A DNA stretch of 64,000 nucleotides, from the NCBI GenBank assembly GCA_963665665.1, contig OY762428.1:4480001-4544000 (forward strand), in the 5' to 3' direction. The stretch is from Candidatus Kapaibacterium sp. (GTDB taxonomy: Bacteria > Bacteroidota > Ignavibacteria > Kapaibacteriales > UBA2268). This document shows, piece by piece, positions 49,200 through 59,424 of this stretch (its first letter is position 1; the number at the start of each line of letters is the position of its first letter). A model generated the notes under the pieces. The model saw only the letters and a list, made by a program, of their open reading frames with translations. It made no database searches and was not told the DNA's origin. Made by a program: the position numbers and the translations under genes.

Positions 49200-50060
49200 A
49201 TGAGAATAACCAAACAATACACAAATCGTGAGAGCCAGTCCCTCGACAAATATCTTCAGGAGATCGGCCGCGTTGAGCTGCTGCATCCGGAGGAAGAAGT
49301 CGATTTAGCGCAGAAGATTAAAAAAGGCGGATGGCAAGGCACAAGAGCACTGGAACGATTGGTAAAAGCTAACCTGCGCTTTGTGGTTTCTGTGGCAAAG
49401 CAATACCAGAACCAGGGGCTATCACTCGGCGATTTGATTAATGAAGGTAACCTCGGGCTTATCAAAGCTGCAAAAAGGTTTGATGAAACCCGTGGTTTCA
49501 AATTTATATCTTATGCTGTTTGGTGGATACGCCAATCAATCCTTCAGGCACTGGCAGAGCAGTCAAGGATTGTCAGGCTTCCATTGAACAGGGTAGGGGC
49601 TTTAAACAAAATTGGCAAGAAATTCAGCGAGCTGGAACAGGAATTCGAAAGAGAACCTACAGCGAGCGAACTTGCCGACCAGCTTAACATGACTGTTTCG
49701 GAAATTGCGGAAACAATTAAAATCTCCGGCCGGCATCTTTCTGTTGACGCTCCGTTTGTACAGGGCGAGGACAACAGGTTACTGGATGTATTGCCAAATG
49801 AACAACAGCCGCCGCCCGATTCGGAATTGATAAGGGAATCCTTAAGAGTTGAAGTCCAACAGGTTCTTACTACTCTGTCCCAAAGAGAAGCTGAAGTTAT
49901 TAAATTGTATTTTGGCCTTTCGGGGCAATGCCTTACACTTGAAGAAATTGGCGAGAAGTTCGGCCTTACACGCGAACGCGTACGCCAGATAAAAGAAAAA
50001 GCAATAAGGCGTTTAAGACATGCTTCCAGGTCAAAAGCTTTAAGAGCTTATCTCGGATAA
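49200..50060 (+). CDS. rpoD: Primary sigma-70 factor lacking region 1.1 (Bacteroidota/FCB type)
   Basis: [45 protein letters not shown] and [13 protein letters not shown]. Confidence 0.93.
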   Translation: MRITKQYTNRESQSLDKYLQEIGRVELLHPEEEVDLAQKIKKGGWQGTRALERLVKANLRFVVSVAKQYQNQGLSLGDLINEGNLGLIKAAKRFDETRGFKFISYAVWWIRQSILQALAEQSRIVRLPLNRVGALNKIGKKFSELEQEFEREPTASELADQLNMTVSEIAETIKISGRHLSVDAPFVQGEDNRLLDVLPNEQQPPPDSELIRESLRVEVQQVLTTLSQREAEVIKLYFGLSGQCLTLEEIGEKFGLTRERVRQIKEKAIRRLRHASRSKALRAYLG

Positions 50061-50088
50061 AAAAATTAAATACAAAAATGATAATATT

Positions 50089-50114
50089 GCCCCGATAATA
50101 CCGGGGCTTTTTTT
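50089..50114 (+). terminator. Intrinsic terminator after rpoD
   Basis: GCCCCG-ATAATAC-CGGGGC followed by T7. Confidence 0.75.
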
Positions 50115-50249
50115 ATGGCATTTTATTTGATAGCTCTTGTTTTGGAATGAAATTATTAATTTTTTTCTTATATTACTAAATAAGAATAAATTTGATGCTT
50201 TTAGAAGATAATTATATTGTTGTAAAGATTTGAATTTCCGGCAAAATTT

Positions 50250-51812
50250 ATGGCTGAAGATAATAACGATGTGAAAAAAACTTTTGATACCTATTCTCAG
50301 CTTCCGGTGTTTGTTATGATTCTGGATGTTGATAAGAATATTATATTTCTCAACCACATTGCAGAAGATTTATTTAATGATTCCGATTTCCAGGATGATT
50401 ATATCCCGATTGAACCCGTAGATGAATTTATTCAAAAACTTGATGAAACAATAAATACGGATCGTGTTTCGGATATTGAAATATCTATTCCCTCCAAATC
50501 GGGAAGCTATTCATACCTTGCAGCAAGTATTTCCAAAATTAAATATAATAAAGATGCAGATGGCATTCTGATTATTGGTTCGGACATGACTCATTTTCAT
50601 AACCTTAAGGCAGAAAGTGACAGCTTGATAGAAGACCTGCAAATATCAAGGGAAACAATTGTTCAGGATGCTTACCGTGCATTGGACCTGAATGACAAAT
50701 TGGCCGAATCCGAAGAAAAATTGAAACAAATGAATGCCACTAAGGACAAATTCTTTTCAATTATTGCTCACGATCTTAGAAATCCTGTGTCTGCTTTTAC
50801 CGAGCTTACTAATCTTCTTGCAAGTAAGGGAGAGGAAATGAGCAGTGAAGAGAGAATGGAATTTACACAGGATCTGAATAAATCTTCGAAGCAGATGTCC
50901 GCTTTGCTTGATAATTTACTTCAATGGGCAAGAGCACAGTCCGGCAGGATCGAGTTTAATCCCGATATTATTTATATTGATAAACTGGTTGAAAATATCT
51001 TTTACCTGCTAAAAGTAACAGCTGATAAAAAAAGGATTAAGCTGATAAACAGAGTACAGCCGGAAACTGTTGCGATAGGCGACGAAAATATGATCCATAC
51101 AGTTCTCAGGAATCTGATTTCCAACGCTATTAAATTTACGAATGCAAGAGGCCGGGTAACGATCAGTTCGGAAATTATTGATAAACAAGTGTATATATAT
51201 ATAGAAGATAACGGCGTTGGAATAAGAGAAGAGAACCTTGATACTTTGTTCAGGCCGGATGTTTATAATTCAACCAGGGGAACGAACAATGAAAAAGGTA
51301 CCGGGCTCGGTCTTCTGATCTGTAAAGAATTTATTGAAACAAACGGCGGTTCTGTTTGGGCAGAGAGCGAACTTGGGAATGGTACAAAATTTACTTTCAC
51401 TTTGAAGAAGGTAGATAATGTTGAACTGAAACAGGCAGAAAAAAATTATTTCGATACTACCTATGTTGACGACATCGAGGAAATTTCGGCGTTTTATGAA
51501 GAATCCTCGAAGAAATTATCTGTAGAAATATCCACAAAGGAAATGGAACTTTTACCAAGGGCTATTGAAGAACTTGAGTATAATTTTCTAAAAAAATGCA
51601 GTGAATTAAGAGAAACTTTATTAATATCCGAAATACAGGAATTTGCAAACGAACTCCGGGCCACGGCAGAAAAATATGATATTGAGGTTTTATCTGATTA
51701 TTGTGCAGGATTGAAAGAAAATTCGGATAGTTTTGAATTAGATGGTATATTGAAAGATTTGAACGAATTTCCGAAATTAATTGATAAACTAAAACAAATG
51801 TTAATGGCTTAG
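50250..51812 (+). CDS. PAS histidine kinase with C-terminal helical extension
   Basis: FFSIIAHDLRNP, NLISNAIKFT, DNGVG and GTNNEKGTGLGL. Confidence 0.9.
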   Translation: MAEDNNDVKKTFDTYSQLPVFVMILDVDKNIIFLNHIAEDLFNDSDFQDDYIPIEPVDEFIQKLDETINTDRVSDIEISIPSKSGSYSYLAASISKIKYNKDADGILIIGSDMTHFHNLKAESDSLIEDLQISRETIVQDAYRALDLNDKLAESEEKLKQMNATKDKFFSIIAHDLRNPVSAFTELTNLLASKGEEMSSEERMEFTQDLNKSSKQMSALLDNLLQWARAQSGRIEFNPDIIYIDKLVENIFYLLKVTADKKRIKLINRVQPETVAIGDENMIHTVLRNLISNAIKFTNARGRVTISSEIIDKQVYIYIEDNGVGIREENLDTLFRPDVYNSTRGTNNEKGTGLGLLICKEFIETNGGSVWAESELGNGTKFTFTLKKVDNVELKQAEKNYFDTTYVDDIEEISAFYEESSKKLSVEISTKEMELLPRAIEELEYNFLKKCSELRETLLISEIQEFANELRATAEKYDIEVLSDYCAGLKENSDSFELDGILKDLNEFPKLIDKLKQMLMA

Positions 51813-51826
51813 GGTTTTTTAATCAA

Positions 51827-53002
51827 ATGCAAAATAACTTAGATTTTATAACGGATAAAAAGCAGTTAGTATTGCTTGTTGACGATGTAGTTAAAAATCT
51901 TCAGCATGCGGGCAAAGTACTGATGGATGTCGGCTATGAGATATCCGTAGCTACAGATGGCTACCAGGCTCTGGATATTCTGAAAAAAATAACCCCTGAT
52001 TTGATCCTTCTGGATATTGTAATGCCAAATATGGATGGCTATGAAGTATGCCGAAGAATTAAAGAACAAACTCACCTGAAGGATATTCCGATTATTTTCT
52101 TTTCATCGAAAAAAGAATCGGAAGATATTGTACAGGGATTTGAGATAGGGGGAGTTGATTATATAAAAAAACCTGTAAAAAAAGGGGAATTAGTTGTCAG
52201 GGTTAAAAATCATCTGGAATTGAAAAAAGCCCGCGATCATATAATGAAACAAAACCGGAAACTTGAGATGCTTAATCAATCCAAGGATGAATTTCTGGAG
52301 ATAGCTGCTCATGACCTCAAAGATCCGCTATCATCGATAGTTGGCAATATCGAGATTTTAAAAACTCATAAACTGACTTTGACAGATCAGGAAATGGACG
52401 AATATTTTGATAAAATCGATAATGCTGCCAGATCTAGCGTTCAGATTATATCAGACCTTCTGGACATCAATGCTCTTGATGACGGAAAGCTGAAACTAAC
52501 GATCAAGGCAGTGAATATTGATATGATGATTAAGAAAAAAATTAAGGAATACGCTGCTATTACTAAGAAAAAGCGTATAACAATACTTTTCAGAAAAGGG
52601 GCAAAGGAATCACTTGTTCTCGGTGACGAAGAAAAAGTTGAACAGGTTCTGGATAATTTGATTTCCAATGCCGTGAAGTATTCACCATTCTATAAAGCTG
52701 TTATTATTGAAAGTAAATCAACAGTACCGGATGAAAAGAATGATAAATCCGGTCTTGAAATTGCAATAAGTGACGAAGGTCCCGGAATAAAAGAGGAAGA
52801 TATTCCTAAATTGTTCCAGAGATTTGCAAAATTGTCAAATAGTCCGGAAAGAGAAGAAACGTCAACAGGCCTTGGGCTTTCGATAGTTAAAAGACTAATT
52901 GAAGAGATGGATGGCAAAGTATGGTGCGAATCAAATAAAAAATTGAGTAAAAAGGGCACTACATTCAAGTTTACCCTGCCAACTGTTGCTGTAGGTTCTT
53001 AA
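51827..53002 (+). CDS. Hybrid histidine kinase (REC-HisKA-HATPase)
   Basis: LLVDD, LLDIVMP and KP; AAHDLKDPL; NLISNAVKYS, DEGPG and STGLGL. Confidence 0.9.
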   Translation: MQNNLDFITDKKQLVLLVDDVVKNLQHAGKVLMDVGYEISVATDGYQALDILKKITPDLILLDIVMPNMDGYEVCRRIKEQTHLKDIPIIFFSSKKESEDIVQGFEIGGVDYIKKPVKKGELVVRVKNHLELKKARDHIMKQNRKLEMLNQSKDEFLEIAAHDLKDPLSSIVGNIEILKTHKLTLTDQEMDEYFDKIDNAARSSVQIISDLLDINALDDGKLKLTIKAVNIDMMIKKKIKEYAAITKKKRITILFRKGAKESLVLGDEEKVEQVLDNLISNAVKYSPFYKAVIIESKSTVPDEKNDKSGLEIAISDEGPGIKEEDIPKLFQRFAKLSNSPEREETSTGLGLSIVKRLIEEMDGKVWCESNKKLSKKGTTFKFTLPTVAVGS

Positions 53003-53050
53003 TAAAATACTTATACTAAAACCTGTTTCTTCGAGACAGGTTTGCTATTT

Positions 53051-53845
53051 ATGAAAAAAGAAATAAAATATACAGTTCTTGGTTCCGGTACTTCTTCCGG
53101 CATACCTACTATCGGGTGTAAATGTCCTACATGCACATCAGATGATATTAATGACAAAAGATTAAGGTGCTCCCTTCTGGTGGAATCAGCTAATACAAGG
53201 GTTGTTATTGATTCCGGCCCGGATTTCCGCCAACAGATGCTGAAATACAATGTAGATAAATTGGATGCTGTTGTATACACACATCATCATTTCGATCATA
53301 TAGGCGGGTTCGATGACATAAGGGCCTTTAATTACCATACCCGCAAACCAATGCCCCTTTTTATCGACAGGAAAACCCTTACCGAACTGAAGCGAACATT
53401 TATATATGCATTCGAAACTCCGGAGCAAATGGGGGGCGGAGTGCCACTTATTGATATTAACCTGATTGATGAAAAAGAATTTTTTGTAAAGGATCTGAAA
53501 TTTCTTCCTATTCCACTTTGTCATGGGAAGTTGAATGTTTTGGGTTTCAGGATCGGGGATCTGGCTTATTGTACGGATACAAATAATATACCTGACAGAT
53601 CATATAAACTGCTTGAGGATTTGGATGTTTTGATTATTGACGCATTAAGATATACTGATCATTCCACACATTTCAACCTGGAGCAGGCTGTTGCTGAAAT
53701 TGAAAAGATAAGCCCCAAAATGGCATATCTTACACATATTGCTCACCAGATCAAGCACAAGGAATGTGAAGCGAAACTACCAGGAAACATACGAATTGCA
53801 TATGATGGATTAACACTGTATTCAAAAAGGAGTGCTAATGGCTGA
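53051..53845 (+). CDS. MBL-fold metallo-hydrolase (PhnP/YycJ-like phosphodiesterase)
   Basis: LGSGTSSGIPTIGCKCPTC, DSGPDFRQQ and THHHFDHIGGFDD. Confidence 0.9.
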   Translation: MKKEIKYTVLGSGTSSGIPTIGCKCPTCTSDDINDKRLRCSLLVESANTRVVIDSGPDFRQQMLKYNVDKLDAVVYTHHHFDHIGGFDDIRAFNYHTRKPMPLFIDRKTLTELKRTFIYAFETPEQMGGGVPLIDINLIDEKEFFVKDLKFLPIPLCHGKLNVLGFRIGDLAYCTDTNNIPDRSYKLLEDLDVLIIDALRYTDHSTHFNLEQAVAEIEKISPKMAYLTHIAHQIKHKECEAKLPGNIRIAYDGLTLYSKRSANG

Positions 53846-54269
53846 CTACAGCGTAAAAATTATTACAGAATACCTCGGAGACCTTAGTTGCGAAATTACT
53901 CACGAGCCTTCCGGGAAAAAATTTTTAACCGATGCTCCCCTGGATAATAAAGGAAAAGCAAGATATATTTCTCCTACTGATCTTGCAGTGGCCTCTATCA
54001 GCTCCTGTGTTATTACAATTATGGGAATAGTTGCCAATAATAACGGTATTGATATTGACGGAATGAAAATTACTGCCGAGAAATTCATGGTTAATGAGCC
54101 TTTCAGAAGAATAGGAGCAATTAATCTTGAAATTTCATTCCCTGACGAACTTAGTGAAAAGGAATTCTCAATGCTTTCCAATGTTGTTAAAACATGCCCT
54201 GTTACCAGAAGTCTCAGCAAAGAGGTAACAATTAGTTATACTTTTTTGGTGGCAGGTGTGAAAAAGTAA
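53838..54269 (+). CDS. OsmC-family protein
   Basis: TDAPLDNKG, SPTDL...SC and TCPVTRSL (two conserved Cys). Confidence 0.88.
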   Translation: MADYSVKIITEYLGDLSCEITHEPSGKKFLTDAPLDNKGKARYISPTDLAVASISSCVITIMGIVANNNGIDIDGMKITAEKFMVNEPFRRIGAINLEISFPDELSEKEFSMLSNVVKTCPVTRSLSKEVTISYTFLVAGVKK

Positions 54270-54339
54270 TAGAATTATTAAATATTAAGAAAATTTGTTA
54301 TCTTTATTAAATTGTTTTCACCAGATTTTCGGAAAAAAA

Positions 54340-55734
54340 ATGAAAATATTTGAATGTGTTGCAATTGTATTTTTCGTATCTATTCATTTTTTGTGTGCCC
54401 AACAGAATGCTGATAAATTTATCAGTCAGGCTAATAAATTTGTTGGACTGAACGAGCATGACAGAGCTGTTGAGGAATATACAAAGGCTCTTGAAATTGA
54501 CCCCGAAAACGCTGATGTTTATTACAGAAGAGGAAATTCCTATCTGAGAATGAATAAACTTACGGAAGCAAGAGAAGACTACCGTGCTGTTCTGAAATTG
54601 GAACAATGCCATGCAAAGGCTTTAAATAATCTGGGAATATCATATTATCTTTTACCCGATTTTGAAAAGGCTATACCTTTTTTTAAAAAATCAATGGAAT
54701 GCGACCCGTCTTATACCAATGCAATTAACAATCTTGGCCTTTGCTATCATGAAACCGGAAGGTTCAAAGAAGCAATCGAGATATTTTCAAAATCAGCTGA
54801 AGTCGATCCTTCGAATCCAAAAGCTTTTACAAAAAGGGGAAATGTATATTTTTCAATGGGTCTGCCGGATTCTGCAATAAGTGATTTTACCACAGGTATA
54901 GCCCTTGCTCCTGAAGACTGGGATAACTACTATTACCGTGGGCTTGCATATTTTACAAAAATGCTGTACAGCGCTGCAATTCCCGATCTTACAAAGTCTT
55001 TTGATTTAAATCCGCAGAATATTGAAGCTTTAAAGAAAAGGGCGATGGCAAATATTTATTTGCGCAATTTTGATTCTGCAATGAATGATTTTGACAGATT
55101 AGTGCAATTAAATCCGGATAACCCTGATTATTATATCGACAGGGGGTTGGCTTACAAAACCCTTAGTAATCCGGATTCGGCTATTATTGATTTTAACAAA
55201 GCCTTGGAACTTGACCCGAAGAAAGTAGGAGCACTTTATAATCGAGGCCTGACAAATTATAGCCTTGGTAAATTCAGTTCGGCAATTGATGATTTCAGCA
55301 AAGCAATTGAACTTAATCCAAAAAATCATGAGCTTTATTTCAACCGGGCTATTGCATATACTGACGCGAGGCTTACTGATTCTGCCCTGAATGATTATAA
55401 TGAAGCTATTGAAATTGACACCAATTATATTGATGCCCTAATAAATCGTGCATTCCTGCTGTCAAATAAAGGAGATTACCAAAAGGCTGTTGATGATTGT
55501 GACCGAGTCTTTTCAATTGTTCTTTCTTTGCCTTCAGCTATTGTTAGGGAAGTTGCTTTCCCTTATTTTATCAGGGGGGTGTCTTATCACGGACTTAAAG
55601 AATTTGATATGGCAGCAAGCGATTATGAGAAGTTTATTGAGCTGGCAGAAGGACAAAATGCTTTCAATAAACAGCTAAAAATAGCTAAGAGAAATCTGAA
55701 AATTATCAAGGATAATAAACCTAAAGAAGATTAA
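54340..55734 (+). CDS. Exported TPR-repeat protein
   Basis: Signal peptide after the ATG at 54340, then about 12 34-aa repeats (YYNRG...A..DF.KA.EL.P). Confidence 0.9.
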   Translation: MKIFECVAIVFFVSIHFLCAQQNADKFISQANKFVGLNEHDRAVEEYTKALEIDPENADVYYRRGNSYLRMNKLTEAREDYRAVLKLEQCHAKALNNLGISYYLLPDFEKAIPFFKKSMECDPSYTNAINNLGLCYHETGRFKEAIEIFSKSAEVDPSNPKAFTKRGNVYFSMGLPDSAISDFTTGIALAPEDWDNYYYRGLAYFTKMLYSAAIPDLTKSFDLNPQNIEALKKRAMANIYLRNFDSAMNDFDRLVQLNPDNPDYYIDRGLAYKTLSNPDSAIIDFNKALELDPKKVGALYNRGLTNYSLGKFSSAIDDFSKAIELNPKNHELYFNRAIAYTDARLTDSALNDYNEAIEIDTNYIDALINRAFLLSNKGDYQKAVDDCDRVFSIVLSLPSAIVREVAFPYFIRGVSYHGLKEFDMAASDYEKFIELAEGQNAFNKQLKIAKRNLKIIKDNKPKED

Positions 55735-55739
55735 TTTTT

Positions 55740-57233
55740 ATGAGTATTTTTAAATTTAAAATTCCGTTACATACACAGATATTAATTGCCCTTATTGCAG
55801 GCGCTGCATTTGGGGCTTTTTTTAATGTTGGCCATGATACCCTTATAATTAATTACAATAAAAAGGGTGAACTACTTGAAGAAACTATCGAAAAATGGGA
55901 TAAAATTGTTTTCGAAGGCCGGGAAAATGAAAAAGTGTTCTATGCTGATGAGCAGACTGCAATATTGAAGCATTTTAAAAAAATTGAAAAGAAAAAAGAT
56001 ATTGTTATTGAAGTTCATAAAGCAGTAGAAGTTAATACATATACCGAAGTGATAACGATGGCTAAGGAGAAAACCATAGCAACAGCTATAAAGCCCTTAG
56101 GAAACATTTTTATCCGTTTGCTTAGTTTCCTGGCCATACCTCTTGTTATCGCAACCCTGATAGTCGGGGCTGCCTCACTGAAGGATATTCGCAAGCTTGG
56201 CAGGGTTGGTGGGAAAACATTCGGCATATATATTATAACAACTGCTATTGCTATAAGTATAGGCCTTGGCGCTGCCAATATTATCAAGCCGGGTGAAAAA
56301 GTATCCGTACAGGCCAAAGAAAGGCTTATGGGAACATACCAGGATGACAGCCCGGGAGATATTGACGAGGAGATGGGGATAGATATTCTTGATTTTCTCG
56401 TGCAGATAGTACCGAAGAATCCGATAAATGCAATGGCCGACGGACGTATGCTTCAAATTGTATTCTTTGCTGTATTTTTCGGAATAACCCTCACTTTAAT
56501 TGATAAGTCCAAATCTGATCCTGTGATCAGGCTTTTTGACGGTATAAGTGATGTTATGATCAAGATGGTTGACGTGATTATGCTTCTTGCTCCTTACGGG
56601 GTTTTTGCACTTATTGCAGCCACCGTTGCCGATTTTGGTTTTGATATATTGCAAACCCTTGTCTGGTACATGGGAGCGGTTATACTTGGCCTTGCACTTC
56701 AAACTTTTATTGTTTATCCCGCCCTACTGAAATTTGTCGGGAAGTCCGGGCCAATTAAATATTTCAAAGCCATGAGAAATGCCCAGGCGATAGCGTTCAG
56801 TTCAAGCTCTTCGGCTGCTACATTGCCGGTAACACTCGATGCAGTTGAAAATAAACTTGGTATTCCGAAGCAAATAGCCGGATTCGTCCTCCCGCTGGGT
56901 GCCACTATAAATATGGACGGTACGGCACTTTACCAGGGAGTCGCTGCTGTTTTTATAGCCCAGGTATATGGGATGGACCTTACAATGGCAGAGCAGCTAA
57001 CAATTGTTCTTACTGCTGTTTTAGCTTCAATCGGAACAGCACCTGTTCCGGGAGTAGGTATAATTATGCTTGTTATCATTCTGCAGTCCGTGAATATTCC
57101 CCCCGAGGGAATTGCGCTTATTCTGGGTGTTGACAGGCTTTTGGATATGTGCCGCACTGTAACAAATGTTACAGGAGATGGTGCTGTGGCAGTAACAATT
57201 GCCGGGACTGAAAAAAAATATAATTCTCTTTAA
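55740..57233 (+). CDS. Dicarboxylate/amino acid:cation symporter (GltP/GltT family)
   Basis: AFSSSSSAATLP, LPLGATINMDGTALY, SIGTAPVPG and DRLLDMCRTVTNVTGD. Confidence 0.93.
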   Translation: MSIFKFKIPLHTQILIALIAGAAFGAFFNVGHDTLIINYNKKGELLEETIEKWDKIVFEGRENEKVFYADEQTAILKHFKKIEKKKDIVIEVHKAVEVNTYTEVITMAKEKTIATAIKPLGNIFIRLLSFLAIPLVIATLIVGAASLKDIRKLGRVGGKTFGIYIITTAIAISIGLGAANIIKPGEKVSVQAKERLMGTYQDDSPGDIDEEMGIDILDFLVQIVPKNPINAMADGRMLQIVFFAVFFGITLTLIDKSKSDPVIRLFDGISDVMIKMVDVIMLLAPYGVFALIAATVADFGFDILQTLVWYMGAVILGLALQTFIVYPALLKFVGKSGPIKYFKAMRNAQAIAFSSSSSAATLPVTLDAVENKLGIPKQIAGFVLPLGATINMDGTALYQGVAAVFIAQVYGMDLTMAEQLTIVLTAVLASIGTAPVPGVGIIMLVIILQSVNIPPEGIALILGVDRLLDMCRTVTNVTGDGAVAVTIAGTEKKYNSL

Positions 57234-57318
57234 ATTCAGATATTTAGCAAATACTGTTCATTATTGTGGAAAAAAAGTATTGGGCAGAAAGCGTAAAAAA
57301 TCATATCTTTGAAGTCTT

Positions 57319-57409
<91 letters not shown>

Positions 57410-57417
57410 CAAAAAAA

Positions 57418-57452
57418 TAAGCCTTTGTAATATAATAATTTACAAAGGCTTA
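57418..57452. terminator. 13-bp hairpin after tRNA-Ser
   Basis: TAAGCCTTTGTAA-N9-TTACAAAGGCTTA. Confidence 0.55.
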
Positions 57453-57540
57453 ATTATTTTTACTTAGTCATTCCATTAACTTTTCTGGTACATTGTTTGG
57501 GCCCAGTATTAAACTCAAGGATTTGGCGAAAAGTTTCGAT

Positions 57541-57631
57541 AATTACAACCCCGAAGCAAGCTTCGGGGTATCAATCATGAAAATTGCAATTGAAGCGAAG
57601 CAGCTTCGGGGAATTTACCCATAGCGATTAA
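57541..57631. mobile_element. Short non-autonomous palindromic element resembling IS200/IS605-type ends (PATE/MITE-like)
   Basis: Perfect hairpin ACCCCGAAGC-AA-GCTTCGGGGT plus a second partial copy, CGAAGCAGCTTCGGGG, ending ACCCATAGCGATTAA. No transposase is present. Confidence 0.5.
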
Positions 57632-57694
57632 AAAGGAAATAGTTTTCATCGGCATCGTCCTGCCCCGATGCATTCTTCGAGAGTAGTATTTAGG

Positions 57695-58355
57695 AAAAAA
57701 AAGCTCCCTGAAAAAAATCAGAGAGCCTTTGCTCTGTTGTGCGGAAGAAGTGACGGACTCTTCCGCCCGTTGGCATCGACCCTCTTCGCAAGCATTTCGG
57801 ACAGAATTGTACATAAATAAAAAAAAACCTGAAAAAAATCAGAGAGCCTTTGTTCTGATGTGCGGAAGAAGTGACGGACTCTTACGCCCGTTGGTATCGA
57901 CCCTCTTCGTAAGCATTTCGGACAGAATTGTACATAAATAAAAAAAAGCCCCCTGAAAAAAATCAGAGAGCCTTTGCTCTGTTGTGCGGAAGAAGTGACG
58001 GACTCTTCCGCCCGTTGGCATCGACCCTCTTCGCAAGTATTTCGGACAGAATTGTACATAAATAAAAAAAAGCCCCCTGAAAAAAATCAGAGAGCCTTTG
58101 CTCTGTTGTGCGGAAGAAGTGACGGACTCTTATGCCCGTTGGCATCGATCCTCTTCGCAAGCATTTCGGACAGAATTGTACATAAATAAAAAAAGCTCCC
58201 TGAAAAAAATCAGAGAGCCTTTGCTCTGTTGTGCGGAAGAAGGGACGGACTCTTACGCCCGTTAGCATCGACCCTCTTCGCAAGCATTTCGGACAGAATT
58301 GTACATAAATAAAAAAAAGCCCCCTGAAAAAATTCAGAGAGCCTTTGCTCTGTTG
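57695..58355 (-). repeat. tRNA-Leu-linked tandem repeat, five 121-124-bp units
   Basis: The anchor CAGAGAGCC occurs at 57719, 57840, 57964, 58088, 58211 and 58335. Each unit is a degenerate tRNA 3' half plus a terminator hairpin. Confidence 0.95.
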
Positions 58356-58438
58356 TGCGGAAGAAGGGACTTGAACCCTTACGCCCGTTGGGCACCACCC
58401 CCTCAAGATGGCGCGTCTACCAATTCCGCCACTTCCGC
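58356..58438 (-). tRNA. tRNA-Leu(GAG)
   Basis: Minus strand acceptor GCGGAAG/CTTCCGC, anticodon arm CCATC-TTGAGGG-GGTGG, variable arm, T arm AAGGG-TTCAAGT-CCCTT. A TATATTTG -7 element lies at 58481-58474. Confidence 0.95.
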
Positions 58439-58626
58439 TTGAGTGTTTTTCACTTCGTTTGTCAAAGAGAGTACAAATATACGGGGGAAAATATTTATGC
58501 GCAAGTATTTTTTTTAAATTGATAAAAAAATTTATTTATAGATTTTTACAACTTAATTATTTGTATATCAAATAATGATTTGCTATCAAAAAATAATTCT
58601 TTTATGAAATTTATAAAATATTTTTC

Positions 58627-58657
58627 TTTGAAAATTCAGAAATCTTCCTTAATTTTG
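58627..58657 (+). promoter_or_regulatory. Bacteroidota-type promoter for tRNA-Cys and efp
   Basis: TTTG (58627-58630), 19-nt spacer, TAATTTTG (58650-58657). Confidence 0.72.
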
Positions 58658-58665
58658 AATTCTTT

Positions 58666-58736
58666 GGTGCCGTAGCCAAGTGGTTAGGCAGCGGTCTGCA
58701 AAACCGCGAACGCCGGTTCGAATCCGGCCGGCACCT
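58666..58736 (+). tRNA. tRNA-Cys(GCA)
   Basis: Acceptor GGTGCCG/CGGCACC with U73, anticodon arm GCGGT-CTGCAAA-ACCGC, T loop TTCGAAT. Confidence 0.95.
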
Positions 58737-58760
58737 CATTTTTGTTTTATAAACTATATC

Positions 58761-59330
58761 ATGGTAAGAGATATGGCATCAGAATTCAGAACTGGCGCTA
58801 TTATTAAATACAATAACGAAAATTGTGTAATTGTTGAACACGTTCACGTTACTCCCGGCAAAGGGCCGGCTCACCATCAGCTGAAACTCAGGAATATGAG
58901 AACCGGCAGGATTGTGGAAGCCAGGATGCGCCCCGGCGAAAAAGTAGAATTTGTAAGAGTTGAGCACCACGACTATCAGTACCTTTATAACGATGGCGAT
59001 ACTCTTTATTTCATGAATATGGAAAATTACGAGCAAGTACCCGTTCCGATAGAAATGATCGGCGACGACCTGAAATTCATGAAAGAAAATCAGGAAGTAA
59101 AAATTGCTTTCGAAGGTGAAGAACTTCTTAGCGTGGAAATGCCCCCGAATGTAACACTTGAGGTAACTCATACGGAACCGGGGCTTAAGGGTGATACAGC
59201 TACTAATGCTATGAAACCCTCTACAGTTGAAACCGGCGCTCAGGTAAACGTTCCGCTCTTTATCAACGAAGGTGATTTAATAAAAGTTGATACTCGCACG
59301 GGCGATTATTTAGAAAGAGTAAAACAGTAA
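58761..59330 (+). CDS. efp: Elongation factor P
   Basis: PGKG loop, YQYLY, FMNMENYEQ, TEPGLKGDT and VPLFINEGD.KVDTRTG. The start was moved downstream of tRNA-Cys (58761 or 58773). Confidence 0.95.
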   Translation: MVRDMASEFRTGAIIKYNNENCVIVEHVHVTPGKGPAHHQLKLRNMRTGRIVEARMRPGEKVEFVRVEHHDYQYLYNDGDTLYFMNMENYEQVPVPIEMIGDDLKFMKENQEVKIAFEGEELLSVEMPPNVTLEVTHTEPGLKGDTATNAMKPSTVETGAQVNVPLFINEGDLIKVDTRTGDYLERVKQ

Positions 59331-59424
59331 CTCTGAAAATTATTTTTATTGTCAGGCATAATTTTTTGCTTATATTAAAAGCTGAAATTATGCCTTTTTT
59401 GTATGTATAAATTTAGGCTTTATT

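Noticed and set aside
57695-58355. CRISPR array or functional tRNA array
   Set aside because: Whole units are near-identical with no spacers. The D arm is missing and the T loop is broken, so they cannot form cloverleaves.
57575-58406. Seven short ORFs across the tRNA-Leu repeats
   Set aside because: They are translations of non-coding repeat and tRNA sequence on both strands.
58680-58760. N-terminal extension of EF-P in the ORF track
   Set aside because: It starts inside tRNA-Cys; the real start is 58761 or 58773.
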